A program made the position numbers and the translations under genes. Positions 1 through 11,170 of a stretch of DNA of 64,000 nucleotides are shown in pieces. Positions within the stretch are counted from its first letter, which is position 1. Each line of letters begins with the position of its first letter. The notes below the pieces were generated by a model, which ran no database searches, was not told where the DNA came from, and saw only the letters and a list, made by a program, of their open reading frames with translations. Origin of the DNA: an uncultured delta proteobacterium (GTDB lineage: Bacteria > Desulfobacterota > Desulfobacteria > Desulfobacterales > JAHEIW01); contig CAVPNL010000008.1 of NCBI GenBank assembly GCA_963706575.1, positions 192,001 through 256,000 of the forward strand, read 5' to 3'.

Positions 1-4
1 TCGG

Positions 5-1255
5 ATGGACAAAATTCTAGTCGAAGGCGGACGCCGGCTAAAAGGGCGGGTGCGGATCAGCGGCGCCAAAAATGCAGCGCTGCCCATTTTGGTCTCTTCG
101 CTGTTAGCCGAAGGGTCCAATACCTATTCCAATGTACCGGATCTAAAAGACGTTGAAAGTATTAAACTGCTGCTTTCCAACCTCGGCGCCCGCGCCGAGG
201 CGCACGGCGATACGGTTCACGTTGACACGGGGCGCATCCTCAGCTATGAGGCGCCTTATGACCTGGTTCGAAAGATGCGGGCGTCCATACTGGTTCTGGG
301 GCCCATGCTTGCGCGCCTTCAAAAGGCCAGAGTATCCCTTCCCGGGGGCTGTGCCATCGGCGCTCGGCCGATTAACCTTCATTTGAAGGGGTTGGCCCAG
401 TTGGGCGCCGACATTCAACTGGAACACGGCTATGTCCAGGCCGAAGCCAAAAAACTAAAAGGGGCCGACATTTACTTCGATACCGTGACGGTAACCGGCA
501 CTGAGAACCTGATGATGGCCGCCGTTTTAGCCGAAGGCACCACTATTTTACGGAATGCGGCCCGGGAGCCCGAAGTCACGGCCCTGGCCGAGGTGCTTTG
601 TCAAATGGGGGCTGATATTCAAGGGGCCGGAACGGCGGTTATTACCATTAAAGGCGTAACGTCGTTAAGGCCGGTATCCGTGAAGATCATTCCGGATCGA
701 ATCGAAACCGGTACATTTATGATTGCGGCGGCCCTGACTCACGGCGACGTCACCCTGATGGATTGCGAGCCGGATCATGTGGGAGCCTGTATCGATAAGT
801 TGAAGCGCGTGGGAGTCAAAATCAGCATTCATGAAAAAACCATCCATGTTCACGGTAATGATGAAATCATCAGCGTAGATGTTAAAACCCAGCCATATCC
901 GGGATTTGCGACGGATATGCAGGCCCAATTCATGGTGTTGATGAGCGTTGCCAACGGCACCAGCATCATTACTGAAACGATATTTGAAAACCGCTTTATT
1001 CATGTCAGCGAATTAAAGCGTATGGGTGCGGATATTAAAATTTCAGGCAATACCGCCATGGTTAAAGGTGTGCCCGGCCTATCTGCCGCTCCCGTGATGG
1101 CCACCGATCTTAGAGCCAGTGCTTCTCTGATCCTGGCCGGTCTTGTAGCTGAAGGCCGGACCGAAATTAACCGCGTCTATCATCTGGACCGGGGCTATGA
1201 AGCCATCGAAGAGAAGTTCTCTGAACTGGGAGCAGCAATCCGGCGCGTAAAATAG
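5..1255 (+). CDS. murA: UDP-N-acetylglucosamine 1-carboxyvinyltransferase
   Basis: 416 aa; [19 protein letters not shown] (catalytic Cys loop), [18 protein letters not shown] motifs. Confidence 0.97.
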   Translation: MDKILVEGGRRLKGRVRISGAKNAALPILVSSLLAEGSNTYSNVPDLKDVESIKLLLSNLGARAEAHGDTVHVDTGRILSYEAPYDLVRKMRASILVLGPMLARLQKARVSLPGGCAIGARPINLHLKGLAQLGADIQLEHGYVQAEAKKLKGADIYFDTVTVTGTENLMMAAVLAEGTTILRNAAREPEVTALAEVLCQMGADIQGAGTAVITIKGVTSLRPVSVKIIPDRIETGTFMIAAALTHGDVTLMDCEPDHVGACIDKLKRVGVKISIHEKTIHVHGNDEIISVDVKTQPYPGFATDMQAQFMVLMSVANGTSIITETIFENRFIHVSELKRMGADIKISGNTAMVKGVPGLSAAPVMATDLRASASLILAGLVAEGRTEINRVYHLDRGYEAIEEKFSELGAAIRRVK

Positions 1256-1268
1256 GGCGTCTGACAAA

Positions 1269-3914
1269 ATGGTCAGCCATTTCTACATGCGCCCCATTGC
1301 GGCGCTTCTGATATCGCTTATGGGCGGCATCGTTTTGGGGTCTCAATTTTCCGGTCATACGATCGGCACACTGGCCATCGTTTTTTTCAGCACCGGTTTT
1401 ATCGGGATCAATCTCATTCGTAAAAAAGCGGTCGGTCTAAGTCCCATTATTTTATATGTTGCTTTAGGCTATGTTGCGGTCCAGCCCTGGGTTGCGCCCC
1501 ATTTTTCCGCGAATCACATCCAAAAATTTTCAGATGAAACCCGCTGGCAAATTGCCGGTGTGGTGGACTCCCATCCGGTTGAATTATCATATCTAAAAAA
1601 ATTTGTTTTGCGTGCGGATACCCTTAAGCACAAAAAAAAGTCATACCGGGTCACCGGAAGGATTCGGGTGACCGTGAGCGGTCAGGGCCCGGTGTTTGCC
1701 AGGGGTGATCGGCTGGTGTTTCGCAGCCGCCTGCGGCAGCCCCGCAACTTCAACAACCCGGGAGCGTTTAACTACCGCCGCTATATGGCGTTTAAAGGTC
1801 TGTGGCGCACCGCTTATACCAAAGGCAGCCGGCTGCAAGTGGTGCAAAGAGCCTCAGCAGGCGATCTGGCGCAACAGCTCAACGATGTCCGGCGGGAACT
1901 GGCGGCGTTGATCGACAGGGCTGGCAGCGGGTCTTCCGCCGCTGTCCTTAAAGCGCTGGTTATCGGTGATCGTACCGCCATATCCTCAGATGTCCGTGAT
2001 GGGTTCAATCGGGCCGGCGTGGGCCATATCCTGGCGATTTCGGGGCTTCATATCGGGATCGTTGCAACCGTGGCGTTTTTCTTTTTTCATAAACTGTTGC
2101 GTCTGGTGCGGCCCCTGCTGTGGCGGGCCTGGACGCGCAAGGGGGCGGCTGTCCTTTCACTGGTCCCGGTCTGCATCTATGGGCTGGTGTCCGGGATGTC
2201 GCCTTCAACCCAGCGGGCGGTGATCATGGTCGGCGCGTTTTTAATGACTTTTCTGTTTGAACGCGAGAGCGATACAATGAATACGCTGGCCCTGGCTGCT
2301 TTTATCATCCTGATATGGTTTCCGCCGGCACTTTTTTCAATTTCTTTTCAACTTTCATTTGCGGCGGTATTGTCGATTATTTACGGATTGTCCTGCATCC
2401 AGCAGGCGGCGCCGATCGACGGGCAAAACGCCAAAAGCGGGATCGTTAGATGGGGTTTTGAAACCACTTTTAATCAATTGCGCCGAAAAGTGGTCGCATT
2501 TTTCCTGGTATCATTGTTGGCGATTTGCGGGACGTTGCCGCTGGTGATGTTTTATTTCAATCAGATATCGCTTATCGGGCTTTTGGCCAACTTTGTGGTT
2601 GTACCGCTGGTGGGCCTTGTTGTCATTCCCTGTGGGCTCCTGACGCTCTTCATATATCCCGTCAGCAGCCCGATAGCCTACGGCTGTGTCAAAATCTGTC
2701 TGTTTGTACTGGATTACGTGCTGCTGGTCATAAACTATTTTGCAGATCTGCCCTTTGCTGCAGTCAAAACCTTTACGCCCAGTTCGTTTGAGATGGTGTG
2801 CTATTACGTGCTGGGTTGGGCGGTGCTGAAGGGGTTGAACACCCGACAGACCCCGGCGGGTTATCGCAATCTTCCAAACGCTCGCACGGATCATGTCCCT
2901 GAACAGCACTGGTACTTAAAACTCCACGGCAGATTCGGCTCGAACCGCCTTTTTTCCCGGGTCGCAGCGGTACGCAAATTGCTGACAACGGGATTTGCCG
3001 CAAAGAGGAGTGCCATTATCGGGCTGGTGGTTGTTTTGGCGCTGATGGTTGACGCGGGTTACTGGTTTGCCCGGCGCCACCTGAATGGCGACCTGCGGGT
3101 GACTTACATTGACGTGGGGCAGGGCAGTTCTGCGCTTCTGGAGTTGCCCGATGGCCATACGGTCCTGGTTGATGGCGGCGGCTTTTCAGATAATAGTACC
3201 TTTGACATGGGAGCCCGGGTGCTGGCACCGTTTTTGTGGCGCAAAAAGATTCGAACCATTGACACGCTGGTGCTTTCGCATCCCAACAGTGATCATCTCA
3301 ACGGTCTTATTTTTATTGCCCGGTATTTCAACGTCAAAACGATCTGGACGAACAATGAAACCCGGACCACTCAGGGTTACGAACGTTTGCAAAACATTGT
3401 TTCCCAAAAACAGATAAACCTGCCGGACTTTCAACGCATGCCCCGCCAGCTGTTGATCAACGGGGTCGAATTTTGTTTCCTTTATCCTCCCGCTGATTTT
3501 TTAGCTCAAAAAGCGAACCAAAAATGGCGCAGCACCAATAATAATTCGCTGGTTGTCAAAGTATCTTTTGGCGATATTTCATTTTTGTTTGCAGGGGACA
3601 TTATGGCTGAAGCCGAACAGGAACTGGTGGATCTTGCCGGTGCGGATTTGGCCTGCGATGTCCTGCTGGTACCGCATCATGGTAGCCGGACTTCAAGCAG
3701 CCAACCTTTTTTATCGAGCGTTCAGCCGGATGTTGCGGTGTTCTCTGCCGGCTGGAAAAACAGATTTCGATTTCCGCATTCATCAGTTTTAGATGCCTAT
3801 GACAAGATCGGATGCCGCATATTTCGTACCGACCGAAATGGCGCCATTATGCTCAAAACAGACGGGAAGCGCCTGACGGTGATGCCCTTCCTCTCATCGG
3901 AGGATCCGCCTTAA
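1269..3914 (+). CDS. comEC: Competence protein ComEC/Rec2
   Basis: 881 aa; NFNNPGAFNY, HILAISGLHIG, multiple TM helices, C-terminal metallo-beta-lactamase domain (DVGQG, SHPNSDH, PHHGS). Confidence 0.95.
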   Translation: MVSHFYMRPIAALLISLMGGIVLGSQFSGHTIGTLAIVFFSTGFIGINLIRKKAVGLSPIILYVALGYVAVQPWVAPHFSANHIQKFSDETRWQIAGVVDSHPVELSYLKKFVLRADTLKHKKKSYRVTGRIRVTVSGQGPVFARGDRLVFRSRLRQPRNFNNPGAFNYRRYMAFKGLWRTAYTKGSRLQVVQRASAGDLAQQLNDVRRELAALIDRAGSGSSAAVLKALVIGDRTAISSDVRDGFNRAGVGHILAISGLHIGIVATVAFFFFHKLLRLVRPLLWRAWTRKGAAVLSLVPVCIYGLVSGMSPSTQRAVIMVGAFLMTFLFERESDTMNTLALAAFIILIWFPPALFSISFQLSFAAVLSIIYGLSCIQQAAPIDGQNAKSGIVRWGFETTFNQLRRKVVAFFLVSLLAICGTLPLVMFYFNQISLIGLLANFVVVPLVGLVVIPCGLLTLFIYPVSSPIAYGCVKICLFVLDYVLLVINYFADLPFAAVKTFTPSSFEMVCYYVLGWAVLKGLNTRQTPAGYRNLPNARTDHVPEQHWYLKLHGRFGSNRLFSRVAAVRKLLTTGFAAKRSAIIGLVVVLALMVDAGYWFARRHLNGDLRVTYIDVGQGSSALLELPDGHTVLVDGGGFSDNSTFDMGARVLAPFLWRKKIRTIDTLVLSHPNSDHLNGLIFIARYFNVKTIWTNNETRTTQGYERLQNIVSQKQINLPDFQRMPRQLLINGVEFCFLYPPADFLAQKANQKWRSTNNNSLVVKVSFGDISFLFAGDIMAEAEQELVDLAGADLACDVLLVPHHGSRTSSSQPFLSSVQPDVAVFSAGWKNRFRFPHSSVLDAYDKIGCRIFRTDRNGAIMLKTDGKRLTVMPFLSSEDPP

Positions 3915-4187
3915 GGCGTCTCCTCCAATGGAAGTTAGATGTCATCGGTTATTCGTTATTGGTAAAAATGATGAAAGATATATTTTGGGTCTCTGATCTC
4001 ACCAACCTCAAATATCGAATACCCAATAACAATTAACACCGGTTGAGTGCTTTAGCCTCAATCGGTTTGTCTTTCTCTAAGTATTTTTATTATAATAAAA
4101 AAGTTAAGTATTAACTGGAACGTGCCGATAATATGTTCAGCACGTGTAACCGCAAGCGCGAGGCATGTCCTAAAATCGCCTTAAAAC

Positions 4188-4961
4188 GTGGACCTATTTG
4201 AAGGAATGATACCTATGAGTACGAAAGCAATTGAAATTCTGACAGATGCCATGAAAGAATATTACGGCAATTATGAACTCGAGGAGCTTTGCAACCAGTT
4301 CAATATCGATGTGGACTACCTGGGGGTCAATCTCAATCATGTAAAGCTGGCCAACAATCTGGTCAGCCATAACGATTTCGGGCATCAACAGCTGCTGTCA
4401 AAATTGCTGCAGGATCTGGTGCAGCGCTGTGACCAGCGAATTTTAAATTCAACCTGGGAAAGCAATGTTTTTGACGAGCAGATGAAGCCGCAGTTAAAAA
4501 AGCTGCAGCTTCTGCTGGCCCATAATAAAAAACCGGTTCGAATTGCCGAAGCCAAAAACTATCATTTAAAAGCCATAACAGAGGCCATAAAATTTTTTAG
4601 CACCGCCCAGACTGCGGTTACCCTGGTGGATACCCAGTTTGGCAGCACGACATTTGAATGCCTTAAAGCGGTTCAGCATCCCCTGCGATTACTGACGAGC
4701 CGTGAGGAAAAGTCGCTAGCCGGCGGCTTCGATGCTATTTTAAAAAGTTTTTGTTCCAGCTGTCCGGATGTTGAGATTCGGCGTCATGTCATGCTTCATG
4801 ACCGTTACATTTTCTTTAATGGTCGCTGCTGGATGGCTGGTTCATCGCTGGATACCATTGAGAGCAAACCCATGAACATCATCGAATGCATCGACCTCAA
4901 AGCAGCAGTTGCCAGAGAAATCGAGCGCAAATGGCGCGAAGCCGAAAAATATATCATTTAA
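4188..4961 (+). CDS. Hypothetical protein with C-terminal PLD-like nuclease motif
   Basis: 257 aa ORF; HDRYIFF...W.AGSS resembles degenerate PLD-like domains; N-terminal helical domain. Confidence 0.55.
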   Translation: MDLFEGMIPMSTKAIEILTDAMKEYYGNYELEELCNQFNIDVDYLGVNLNHVKLANNLVSHNDFGHQQLLSKLLQDLVQRCDQRILNSTWESNVFDEQMKPQLKKLQLLLAHNKKPVRIAEAKNYHLKAITEAIKFFSTAQTAVTLVDTQFGSTTFECLKAVQHPLRLLTSREEKSLAGGFDAILKSFCSSCPDVEIRRHVMLHDRYIFFNGRCWMAGSSLDTIESKPMNIIECIDLKAAVAREIERKWREAEKYII

Positions 4962-5037
4962 GGAAAAACAGGTGCGAGCAGAAACGAGCGGTTTCCTTTT
5001 TGGGGAGGCTGCTTTTTTTTAGTTTGCGAGCGACGGG

Positions 5038-5643
5038 CTAATCCATTGCCGCTAAAACATTGAAGCGTTCTTTTTCCAAAGCTTTTTTAATGACATTGGT
5101 TTTGCAGGCGGACAGGCGAAAATAATAAACCCGTTTACCTTTCTGCTGTGGGGTCATGCTGACACTTATGATATCACCGCCGTTGTCATTAATAATTTGC
5201 ATGGCCTTTTTGAATGCAGCGGGTTGTTCTGCCAAAACCACATCAATGCGCGATGTCGTTGATATAATACCCATCATATCGATAAATGCGCGCAACATAT
5301 CCGTTGCGGTCACAATACCGACGAGCCGGCCAGCTTTAACCACCGGCATCCCACCGATTTTGTGATTGTAAATCAGTTGGGCCGCAAACTCGATGTCATC
5401 ATCGGGACTCACCGTGATCGGGTTTTTAATTATCAAATCATCAAGGGAGACATCACCCAGCATGGAGGGAATCAGGCCCTGTTTTAGATCCGCCAGGGTC
5501 AGAAATCCTTCCAGACGCCTGCCTCTGGCGATCACGGGAAGATGTCGAATAGAGTTGGCTTTCATCAATTCAATGGCTTCACCAACCGACGCATTGGGCC
5601 CGATGGTAATGGGGTCTTCGATCATCAGTGATTGGATTTTCAT
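5038..5643 (-). CDS. CBS-pair + ACT domain protein (AcuB-like)
   Basis: IRHLPV and IGGMPVV CBS motifs, C-terminal ACT-like domain; GGGGAG RBS upstream. Confidence 0.85.
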   Translation of the reverse strand: MKIQSLMIEDPITIGPNASVGEAIELMKANSIRHLPVIARGRRLEGFLTLADLKQGLIPSMLGDVSLDDLIIKNPITVSPDDDIEFAAQLIYNHKIGGMPVVKAGRLVGIVTATDMLRAFIDMMGIISTTSRIDVVLAEQPAAFKKAMQIINDNGGDIISVSMTPQQKGKRVYYFRLSACKTNVIKKALEKERFNVLAAMD

Positions 5644-5671
5644 ATCATCTCCCCTTTAATTTATAGTACTG

Positions 5672-5814
5672 GAAGTGGTTTTAAAACCTCAAATTAGGCC
5701 AAAAGGCAAGGCGCAAACCGATGAAAAAGCGCAGCATACATGCTAGTATGTGAGCATTTTAAAGAGGTTTGCAACGTAGCCGTTTGGTCTTAGATGGGGT
5801 TTTAAAACCACTTC
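5672..5814. repeat. ~145 bp palindromic MITE/REP-like element
   Basis: Perfect 17 bp terminal inverted repeats gaagtggttttaaaacc / ggttttaaaaccacttc; internal gcatac...gtatgtgag.atttt also present at 43636-43781. Confidence 0.75.
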
Positions 5815-5860
5815 TAAAATGATATCAGCATTCGGGAAAAAGTAAAGGGTTAAAGGACGG

Positions 5861-6946
5861 TTATTTTTTTGAGCGGGGCTGATAACTGCAAAGGGGTTCT
5901 TCTCTCATAAAATCACCGGTGGCCTCGTAAGCCCGTGCGCGACAACCCCCGCAGACCCGTTTATATTCGCAGGGCCCGCATTTTCCTTTCAGCTTGTCGT
6001 AATTTCGCAGCTCCCTAAATATATCTGAACGGTTCCAGATTTCGGCGAAAGTCGACTGCCGAATATCACCGCAATTTAAATCCAGGTAACCGCATGGCTG
6101 CACAATGCCCCGGTGGGATATGAAACAGAAGCCGATGCCGCCCAAACATCCGCGGGTGACTGCATCGAGTCCGTAGCGTTCGAAGGTAACGGAAATGCCG
6201 TCTTTTTTGGCTCGCTGCCTCAGGATTCGGTAATAGTGGGGGGCGCAGGTTGCTTTCAGTTGGAGCGGCGCTTTCTCCCGCTGGTCATAAAACCAGTTGA
6301 GGGTGCTTTCATACTCGGCCGCGTCGATCTCCTGATCCACAATATATTTGCCGCGTCCGGTGGGAACCAAAAGGAAGATATGATGGGCCACCGCACCCAG
6401 ATCGACGGCCAGTTCCTGTATCTTGCTGATTTGATCCAGATTGGTTTTGGTGATGGTTGTGTTGATTTGAAATTCCATGCCGGCTTTTTTTAGCAATTCA
6501 ATGCCCCGCAGCGTGCCCTCAAAGGCCCCTGCCACCTGACGAAAGCGGTCATGGGTTTCAGGACTCGAACCGTCGAGACTGACGCTGATTCGTTGAATGC
6601 CGGCATCGACCAGTTGCCGGGCCACGGTATCGGTAATGAGGGTGCCGTTCAAGGCCATGACCATGCGCATGCCAAGTTCGGTTCCATAGCGGGCAATATC
6701 GTATATGTCTGAGCGCAGCAGGGGTTCGCCGCCGGTGAGAATAATAATCGGTTTGGCGACTTCTGCAATCTGATCCAAAAGGCGCAGGGCTTCCGGAGTG
6801 CCCAGTTCACCCTCGTGCGGGCCCATGGTTGCCGAAGCACGGCAATGCACACAGGCCAGATTGCAATTGCGCGTGGTTTCCCAGGCAACCAGGCGTAATT
6901 CGTTTTTCTTCTTTCGGGTGTCGGAATGGGGATGTTTGGCGTTCAT
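5861..6946 (-). CDS. ahbD: Radical SAM heme b synthase (Fe-coproporphyrin decarboxylase)
   Basis: LRLVAWETTRNCNLACVHC (CxxxCxxC), SPASM Cys cluster; adjacent to hemB and ahbC. Confidence 0.88.
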   Translation of the reverse strand: MNAKHPHSDTRKKKNELRLVAWETTRNCNLACVHCRASATMGPHEGELGTPEALRLLDQIAEVAKPIIILTGGEPLLRSDIYDIARYGTELGMRMVMALNGTLITDTVARQLVDAGIQRISVSLDGSSPETHDRFRQVAGAFEGTLRGIELLKKAGMEFQINTTITKTNLDQISKIQELAVDLGAVAHHIFLLVPTGRGKYIVDQEIDAAEYESTLNWFYDQREKAPLQLKATCAPHYYRILRQRAKKDGISVTFERYGLDAVTRGCLGGIGFCFISHRGIVQPCGYLDLNCGDIRQSTFAEIWNRSDIFRELRNYDKLKGKCGPCEYKRVCGGCRARAYEATGDFMREEPLCSYQPRSKK

Positions 6947-6955
6947 GTTATGTTG

Positions 6956-7930
6956 TCAAGTTCTTAAGGCGTTCGCTGCTTCTAATGCGAAATAGGTGAG
7001 AATCATGTCGGCCCCGGCGCGTTTGATGGCCGTCAGCGTTTCCAGCATCACTTTTTGGCCGTCGATCCAGCCCATTTTTTCGGCTGCTTTTATCATCGAG
7101 AATTCGCCGCTGACGTTATAGGCAGCGACCGGCAGATCGATTTCTTCGCGAACCCGGCAGATGATATCCAGATAGGCCAGGGCCGGTTTAACCATGATGA
7201 TATCCGCCCCTTCTTCAATATCCAACGATACTTCACGGATGGCCTCTATGGCATTTGCCGGATCCATTTGATAGGTTCGCCGATCGCCAAACTGTGGAGC
7301 CGAGTCTGCGGCACTGCGAAACGGTCCGTAATAGGCCGAGCAGTATTTAGCCGCATAGGACATGATCGGCACCTGACTGAAGTTGTTTTCATCCAGGATG
7401 TCGCGGATTTCGGCGACACGGCCGTCCATCATGTCCGATGGGGCCACCATGTCGGCGCCGGCCTTCGCATGCGATAGGGCCGTGCGGGCCAAAAGATCCA
7501 GTGAGGCATCATTATCTATAATCTGCCCCTCCACGACACCGCAATGGCCGTGGTCGGTATACTGGCACAGGCACACGTCGGTGATCACCACCAGTTCCGG
7601 CAGCTTATCTTTTAAGGCCCGGGTTGCTTTCTGGACAATGCCGTCATCGGCGTAAGCCTGCGTTCCCAGGGGATCTTTGGCTTCCGGTATCCCGAACAGC
7701 ATCACGGCCGGAATGCCAAGATCCACAGCGCAAGCGGCTGTTTTGATCAAATGGTCAACCGATAACTGAAAGTGCCCCGGCATGGACGGAATCGGATTTT
7801 TTACGTCACTGCCGTTAATCGCAAACAAAGGTAAAATAAAATCATCGACCGAAAGGTGGGTTTCGCGTATCATGCGGCGGAAGGCCTCGTTTTGCCGCAA
7901 TCTTCTGGGCCTATAGTCTGGAAATAGCAT
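6956..7930 (-). CDS. hemB: Porphobilinogen synthase
   Basis: [41 protein letters not shown] motifs. Confidence 0.97.
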   Translation of the reverse strand: MLFPDYRPRRLRQNEAFRRMIRETHLSVDDFILPLFAINGSDVKNPIPSMPGHFQLSVDHLIKTAACAVDLGIPAVMLFGIPEAKDPLGTQAYADDGIVQKATRALKDKLPELVVITDVCLCQYTDHGHCGVVEGQIIDNDASLDLLARTALSHAKAGADMVAPSDMMDGRVAEIRDILDENNFSQVPIMSYAAKYCSAYYGPFRSAADSAPQFGDRRTYQMDPANAIEAIREVSLDIEEGADIIMVKPALAYLDIICRVREEIDLPVAAYNVSGEFSMIKAAEKMGWIDGQKVMLETLTAIKRAGADMILTYFALEAANALRT

Positions 7931-7978
7931 TCGATCTCCTTTTTCTAAAAGTGACTAAAGTGAACCCGTGCAATGGGC

Positions 7979-8059
7979 CTCACGCAAAGACGCAAAGGCG
8001 CCAAGTTTTAGTTTTTAAATTATCATTCTTTCTTTGCGAGCTTAGCGGCTTTGCGTGAG
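7979..8059. repeat. Intergenic inverted-repeat (REP-like) element
   Basis: ctcacgcaaagacgcaaag ... ctttgcgagcttagcggctttgcgtgag. Confidence 0.6.
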
Positions 8060-8076
8060 TAATTTTCTAATTCAAG

Positions 8077-9267
8077 CTATTCATCTTTCAGACCGATCTC
8101 CTCATCCGTTAAATAACACGCCGGATCCGGCGCCCACAAATCGCCGGTGGTGGCTTCAGCACGGACTCTAAAATTGCCGCCACAAATATCCAGCCAGCGG
8201 CAGTCAGCGCAGCGGCCTTTGACATGCTTTTTCTTCTCTTTGAGTTTTTCGAGCAACGGATTGGAGAGGTCGGCCCAGATCTCGGAAAACGGCCGCTGCC
8301 GAATGTTGCCGAGACTGCAATGGCGCCAGAATTGATCCGGATGAACCTCACCATCCCAGCTGACACAGCCGATACCCCGCCCGGAGTTGTTGCCTTCATT
8401 CCACTGCAGCAGCTCCAGTACGTCTTTGGCCCGCTGCGGGTCTTCTTTGCGCAGCCTTAAATAAAGGTAGGGCCCGTCGGCATGGTTATCGACCGTTAAA
8501 ACCTCTTTGGACTTGCCGATATCGTGCAGGCGCTTGGTTTCATCGATGATCAGATCGACAGCGGAGCGGGTCGCCGCATGGGTCAGATCTTCTTTAACCA
8601 GTTCGGTTCCGCGGCCGGCATAAACCAGGTGGTAGAAGCACACCCGGGGGATATCCATTTCTTCGATGAGGTTAAAAATGTGGGGGATCTCAGCAACGTT
8701 AAATTTGTTGATCGTAAAGCGCAGCCCAACCTTTATTCCGGCATCCTGACAATTTTTAATGCCCTCCATCGCTGACTGAAATGCGCCGCCCACACCTCTA
8801 AAGCGATCGTTGATTTCCTGCATGCCGTCCAGACTGATACCGACGTAAGATAATCCGATGCGTTTCAGGGTCCGGGCCAGATTGGCGCTGATCAATGTGC
8901 CATTGGTTGAAATCACCGCCCGCATACCCTTGTCGACGGCATGCGCTGCCAGTTCAGGGAGGTCTTTGCGCACCAGCGGCTCACCGCCGGAAAAAAGAAT
9001 TACCGGTGCACCGTAGCCGGCCAGATCATCAATCAATTTCTTGCCTTCGCTGGTGCTCAGCTCATTATCATTGGCCAACGCTTTGGCGTGTGCATAACAG
9101 TGCAGGCATTTGAGGTTGCAGCGTTGGGTCGCATTCCAGACGACCACGGGCCGCTTATCTTTGGAAAATTGTAACAGATGCGACGGCAGTTTGCCCGAGT
9201 GACGCCCGTAACGCAGGGCGTCAGAGGGCTCAACGGTCCCACAGTAAAGTTTGGATATTCCGATCAT
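8077..9267 (-). CDS. ahbC: Radical SAM 12,18-didecarboxysiroheme deacetylase
   Basis: MIGISKLYCGTVEPSDALRYGR N-terminus typical of AhbC; CNLKCLHC; SPASM domain. Confidence 0.9.
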   Translation of the reverse strand: MIGISKLYCGTVEPSDALRYGRHSGKLPSHLLQFSKDKRPVVVWNATQRCNLKCLHCYAHAKALANDNELSTSEGKKLIDDLAGYGAPVILFSGGEPLVRKDLPELAAHAVDKGMRAVISTNGTLISANLARTLKRIGLSYVGISLDGMQEINDRFRGVGGAFQSAMEGIKNCQDAGIKVGLRFTINKFNVAEIPHIFNLIEEMDIPRVCFYHLVYAGRGTELVKEDLTHAATRSAVDLIIDETKRLHDIGKSKEVLTVDNHADGPYLYLRLRKEDPQRAKDVLELLQWNEGNNSGRGIGCVSWDGEVHPDQFWRHCSLGNIRQRPFSEIWADLSNPLLEKLKEKKKHVKGRCADCRWLDICGGNFRVRAEATTGDLWAPDPACYLTDEEIGLKDE

Positions 9268-9300
9268 TTTATCTATTTCTTGTTAAAGATATATTGAGCA

Positions 9301-9370
9301 GTTGGGGAGTTTTTACCGTCATTCCCGCCTACGCGGGCATGACAGGTTCGAATTGAAAAAACTCCCCAAC
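9301..9370. repeat. Nested inverted repeat with REP-like core
   Basis: gttggggagttttt / aaaaactccccaac enclosing gtcattcccgcctacgcgggcatgac. Confidence 0.65.
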
Positions 9371-9397
9371 CTCTGGGTTTATTAGAATTTCAAAAGC

Positions 9398-11170
9398 TTA
9401 TTTAGGGTGTTGGGTTGATGCGGCTCCAAATTCGCTTTGGATCAACCGGCTGATGTACGCTTCCGGATCCAGCAATGCCTGGCGGCTGATAAAATAGCGG
9501 CTATGCCCGGTCTTTTCACGAGCCAGTTTAAGGCCGTGTTCAAAATCCATATTCACTTTTTTAAATATGTCATCCAGGTGAATGGGGGCTTCGATCAATT
9601 GCTCCATGATAAAGTCGATGGCATCTTCTTCCAAGACGATATTAATATCATGATTTTTGAAAAAGTACAGTTCTATCTTCTTGATGTCATCATAATTGGA
9701 TTTGATGTGTTTAACCACATTTTCAATTTCCATGACATTTTTGGCATAAAATTGGGCCACGATATTCATCCTGGAAGGTGTCATGGTGAGGTTGTATTTT
9801 GCTGACAGATGCTTTTTATTCAATTCCAGGTACTGTATGATCCGGCGCCGTTCTTCCTGGGCTAATTTTTCAAAAACATCGGCGGTTTTGCCGTCATTGG
9901 GCGAGGCGGACAGCCTTTGAATAGATTGTACCGGGTCCTTTATGATGTCAGTGGTAGCCGGAAATTTCTTAATTTGCGTGGAAGGCAATTGTTTCTCAAA
10001 CTCAATAAATGTTTTTTCAACTGCACTGACCAATCCTCTGGCACCGGTGTTTTCAGCAGCTGCCTGTTGAGCCAGCATCTGCAGCACCGAGTCTTCAAAT
10101 TTGATTTCGATGCCGTAAGCGGCAAAATCCAGTTTTTTGCCCAGAATGATGGGGTTGTTGGGATTCTTCAGAATTTTGTATAAATCGTTTTCGGTTAAAT
10201 ATTCGAATATCGCACGCACCGGCAGCCGGCCGACGAATTCCGATTCAAAGCCGAATTGGATTAAATCTTCGGATTTGACATGCGTGAGAATGTCCATTTG
10301 GTCCTGGGAGCCTTTAATCCTGGCGCCGAAACCAATTCCCTGCCGGGATAAACGCTTTTTAGTGATCGGCACCAGATCCGTAAAGGCCCCACTCATGATA
10401 AAAAGAATATTTGCGGTGTTCACCGATTGTTTTTCGCGCTTTCCGGTTTTACGAAATTTTTCAATTTCCTGGATCATGGAGATGGGGTCATGGGGCACTT
10501 TAAGATCCACCTCGGTTTCTTCCATGGGTTTCAACAGCGCACGTTGCACGCCGGTGCGCGATACATCGGCTCCAATGAGGTTTCGACTGGAAGCGATTTT
10601 ATCGATCTCATCGATATAGATAATACCAAATTGTGCCAGTTCGATATCATCGTCCGCCTCGCGGACCAGGTCCCGCACCAGGTCTTCGACATCCCCGCCG
10701 ACATAGCCGGTTTCACTGAATTTGGTGGCATCGCCTTTGACAAACGGCACACCGATTTTATTGGCGATCAGTTTGATAATATAGGTTTTTCCTACGCCGG
10801 TCGGCCCGATCATCAGCACGTTGTTTTTAATATGGCCGACCATTGACAGGCTACCCGAATTTTCATGCCCTTCCTGAGCACGTTTAATGCGATTGAAATG
10901 GGTGCATATTTTTGTAGCCAAAATCGCCTTGGCGCTGTCCTGCTTAACGACGAATTGATCCAGATAGGCGATGAGCTCTTCGGGTTTAAGATCAAAATTG
11001 ATTTTTTTCTTTTGGCGGGGCGGTTCTTTGACCTTATCGACCGCACCTTCCTGGGGCAAAATCATGGGCGTTACAATTTTGACATTATTGCCGAATTTTT
11101 TGGACAAAAACTCACCGATTTCTTTCTCAAGCTCTTTGGGGTCCGGTATTTTTTCGCTTTGTGATCTCAT
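9398..11170 (-). CDS. ClpX-like AAA+ ATPase (no N-terminal zinc finger, extended C-terminus)
   Basis: GPTGVGKT Walker A, DATKFSETGYVGGDVE, IYIDEIDK Walker B, GARGL sensor. Confidence 0.85.
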   Translation of the reverse strand: MRSQSEKIPDPKELEKEIGEFLSKKFGNNVKIVTPMILPQEGAVDKVKEPPRQKKKINFDLKPEELIAYLDQFVVKQDSAKAILATKICTHFNRIKRAQEGHENSGSLSMVGHIKNNVLMIGPTGVGKTYIIKLIANKIGVPFVKGDATKFSETGYVGGDVEDLVRDLVREADDDIELAQFGIIYIDEIDKIASSRNLIGADVSRTGVQRALLKPMEETEVDLKVPHDPISMIQEIEKFRKTGKREKQSVNTANILFIMSGAFTDLVPITKKRLSRQGIGFGARIKGSQDQMDILTHVKSEDLIQFGFESEFVGRLPVRAIFEYLTENDLYKILKNPNNPIILGKKLDFAAYGIEIKFEDSVLQMLAQQAAAENTGARGLVSAVEKTFIEFEKQLPSTQIKKFPATTDIIKDPVQSIQRLSASPNDGKTADVFEKLAQEERRRIIQYLELNKKHLSAKYNLTMTPSRMNIVAQFYAKNVMEIENVVKHIKSNYDDIKKIELYFFKNHDINIVLEEDAIDFIMEQLIEAPIHLDDIFKKVNMDFEHGLKLAREKTGHSRYFISRQALLDPEAYISRLIQSEFGAASTQHPK

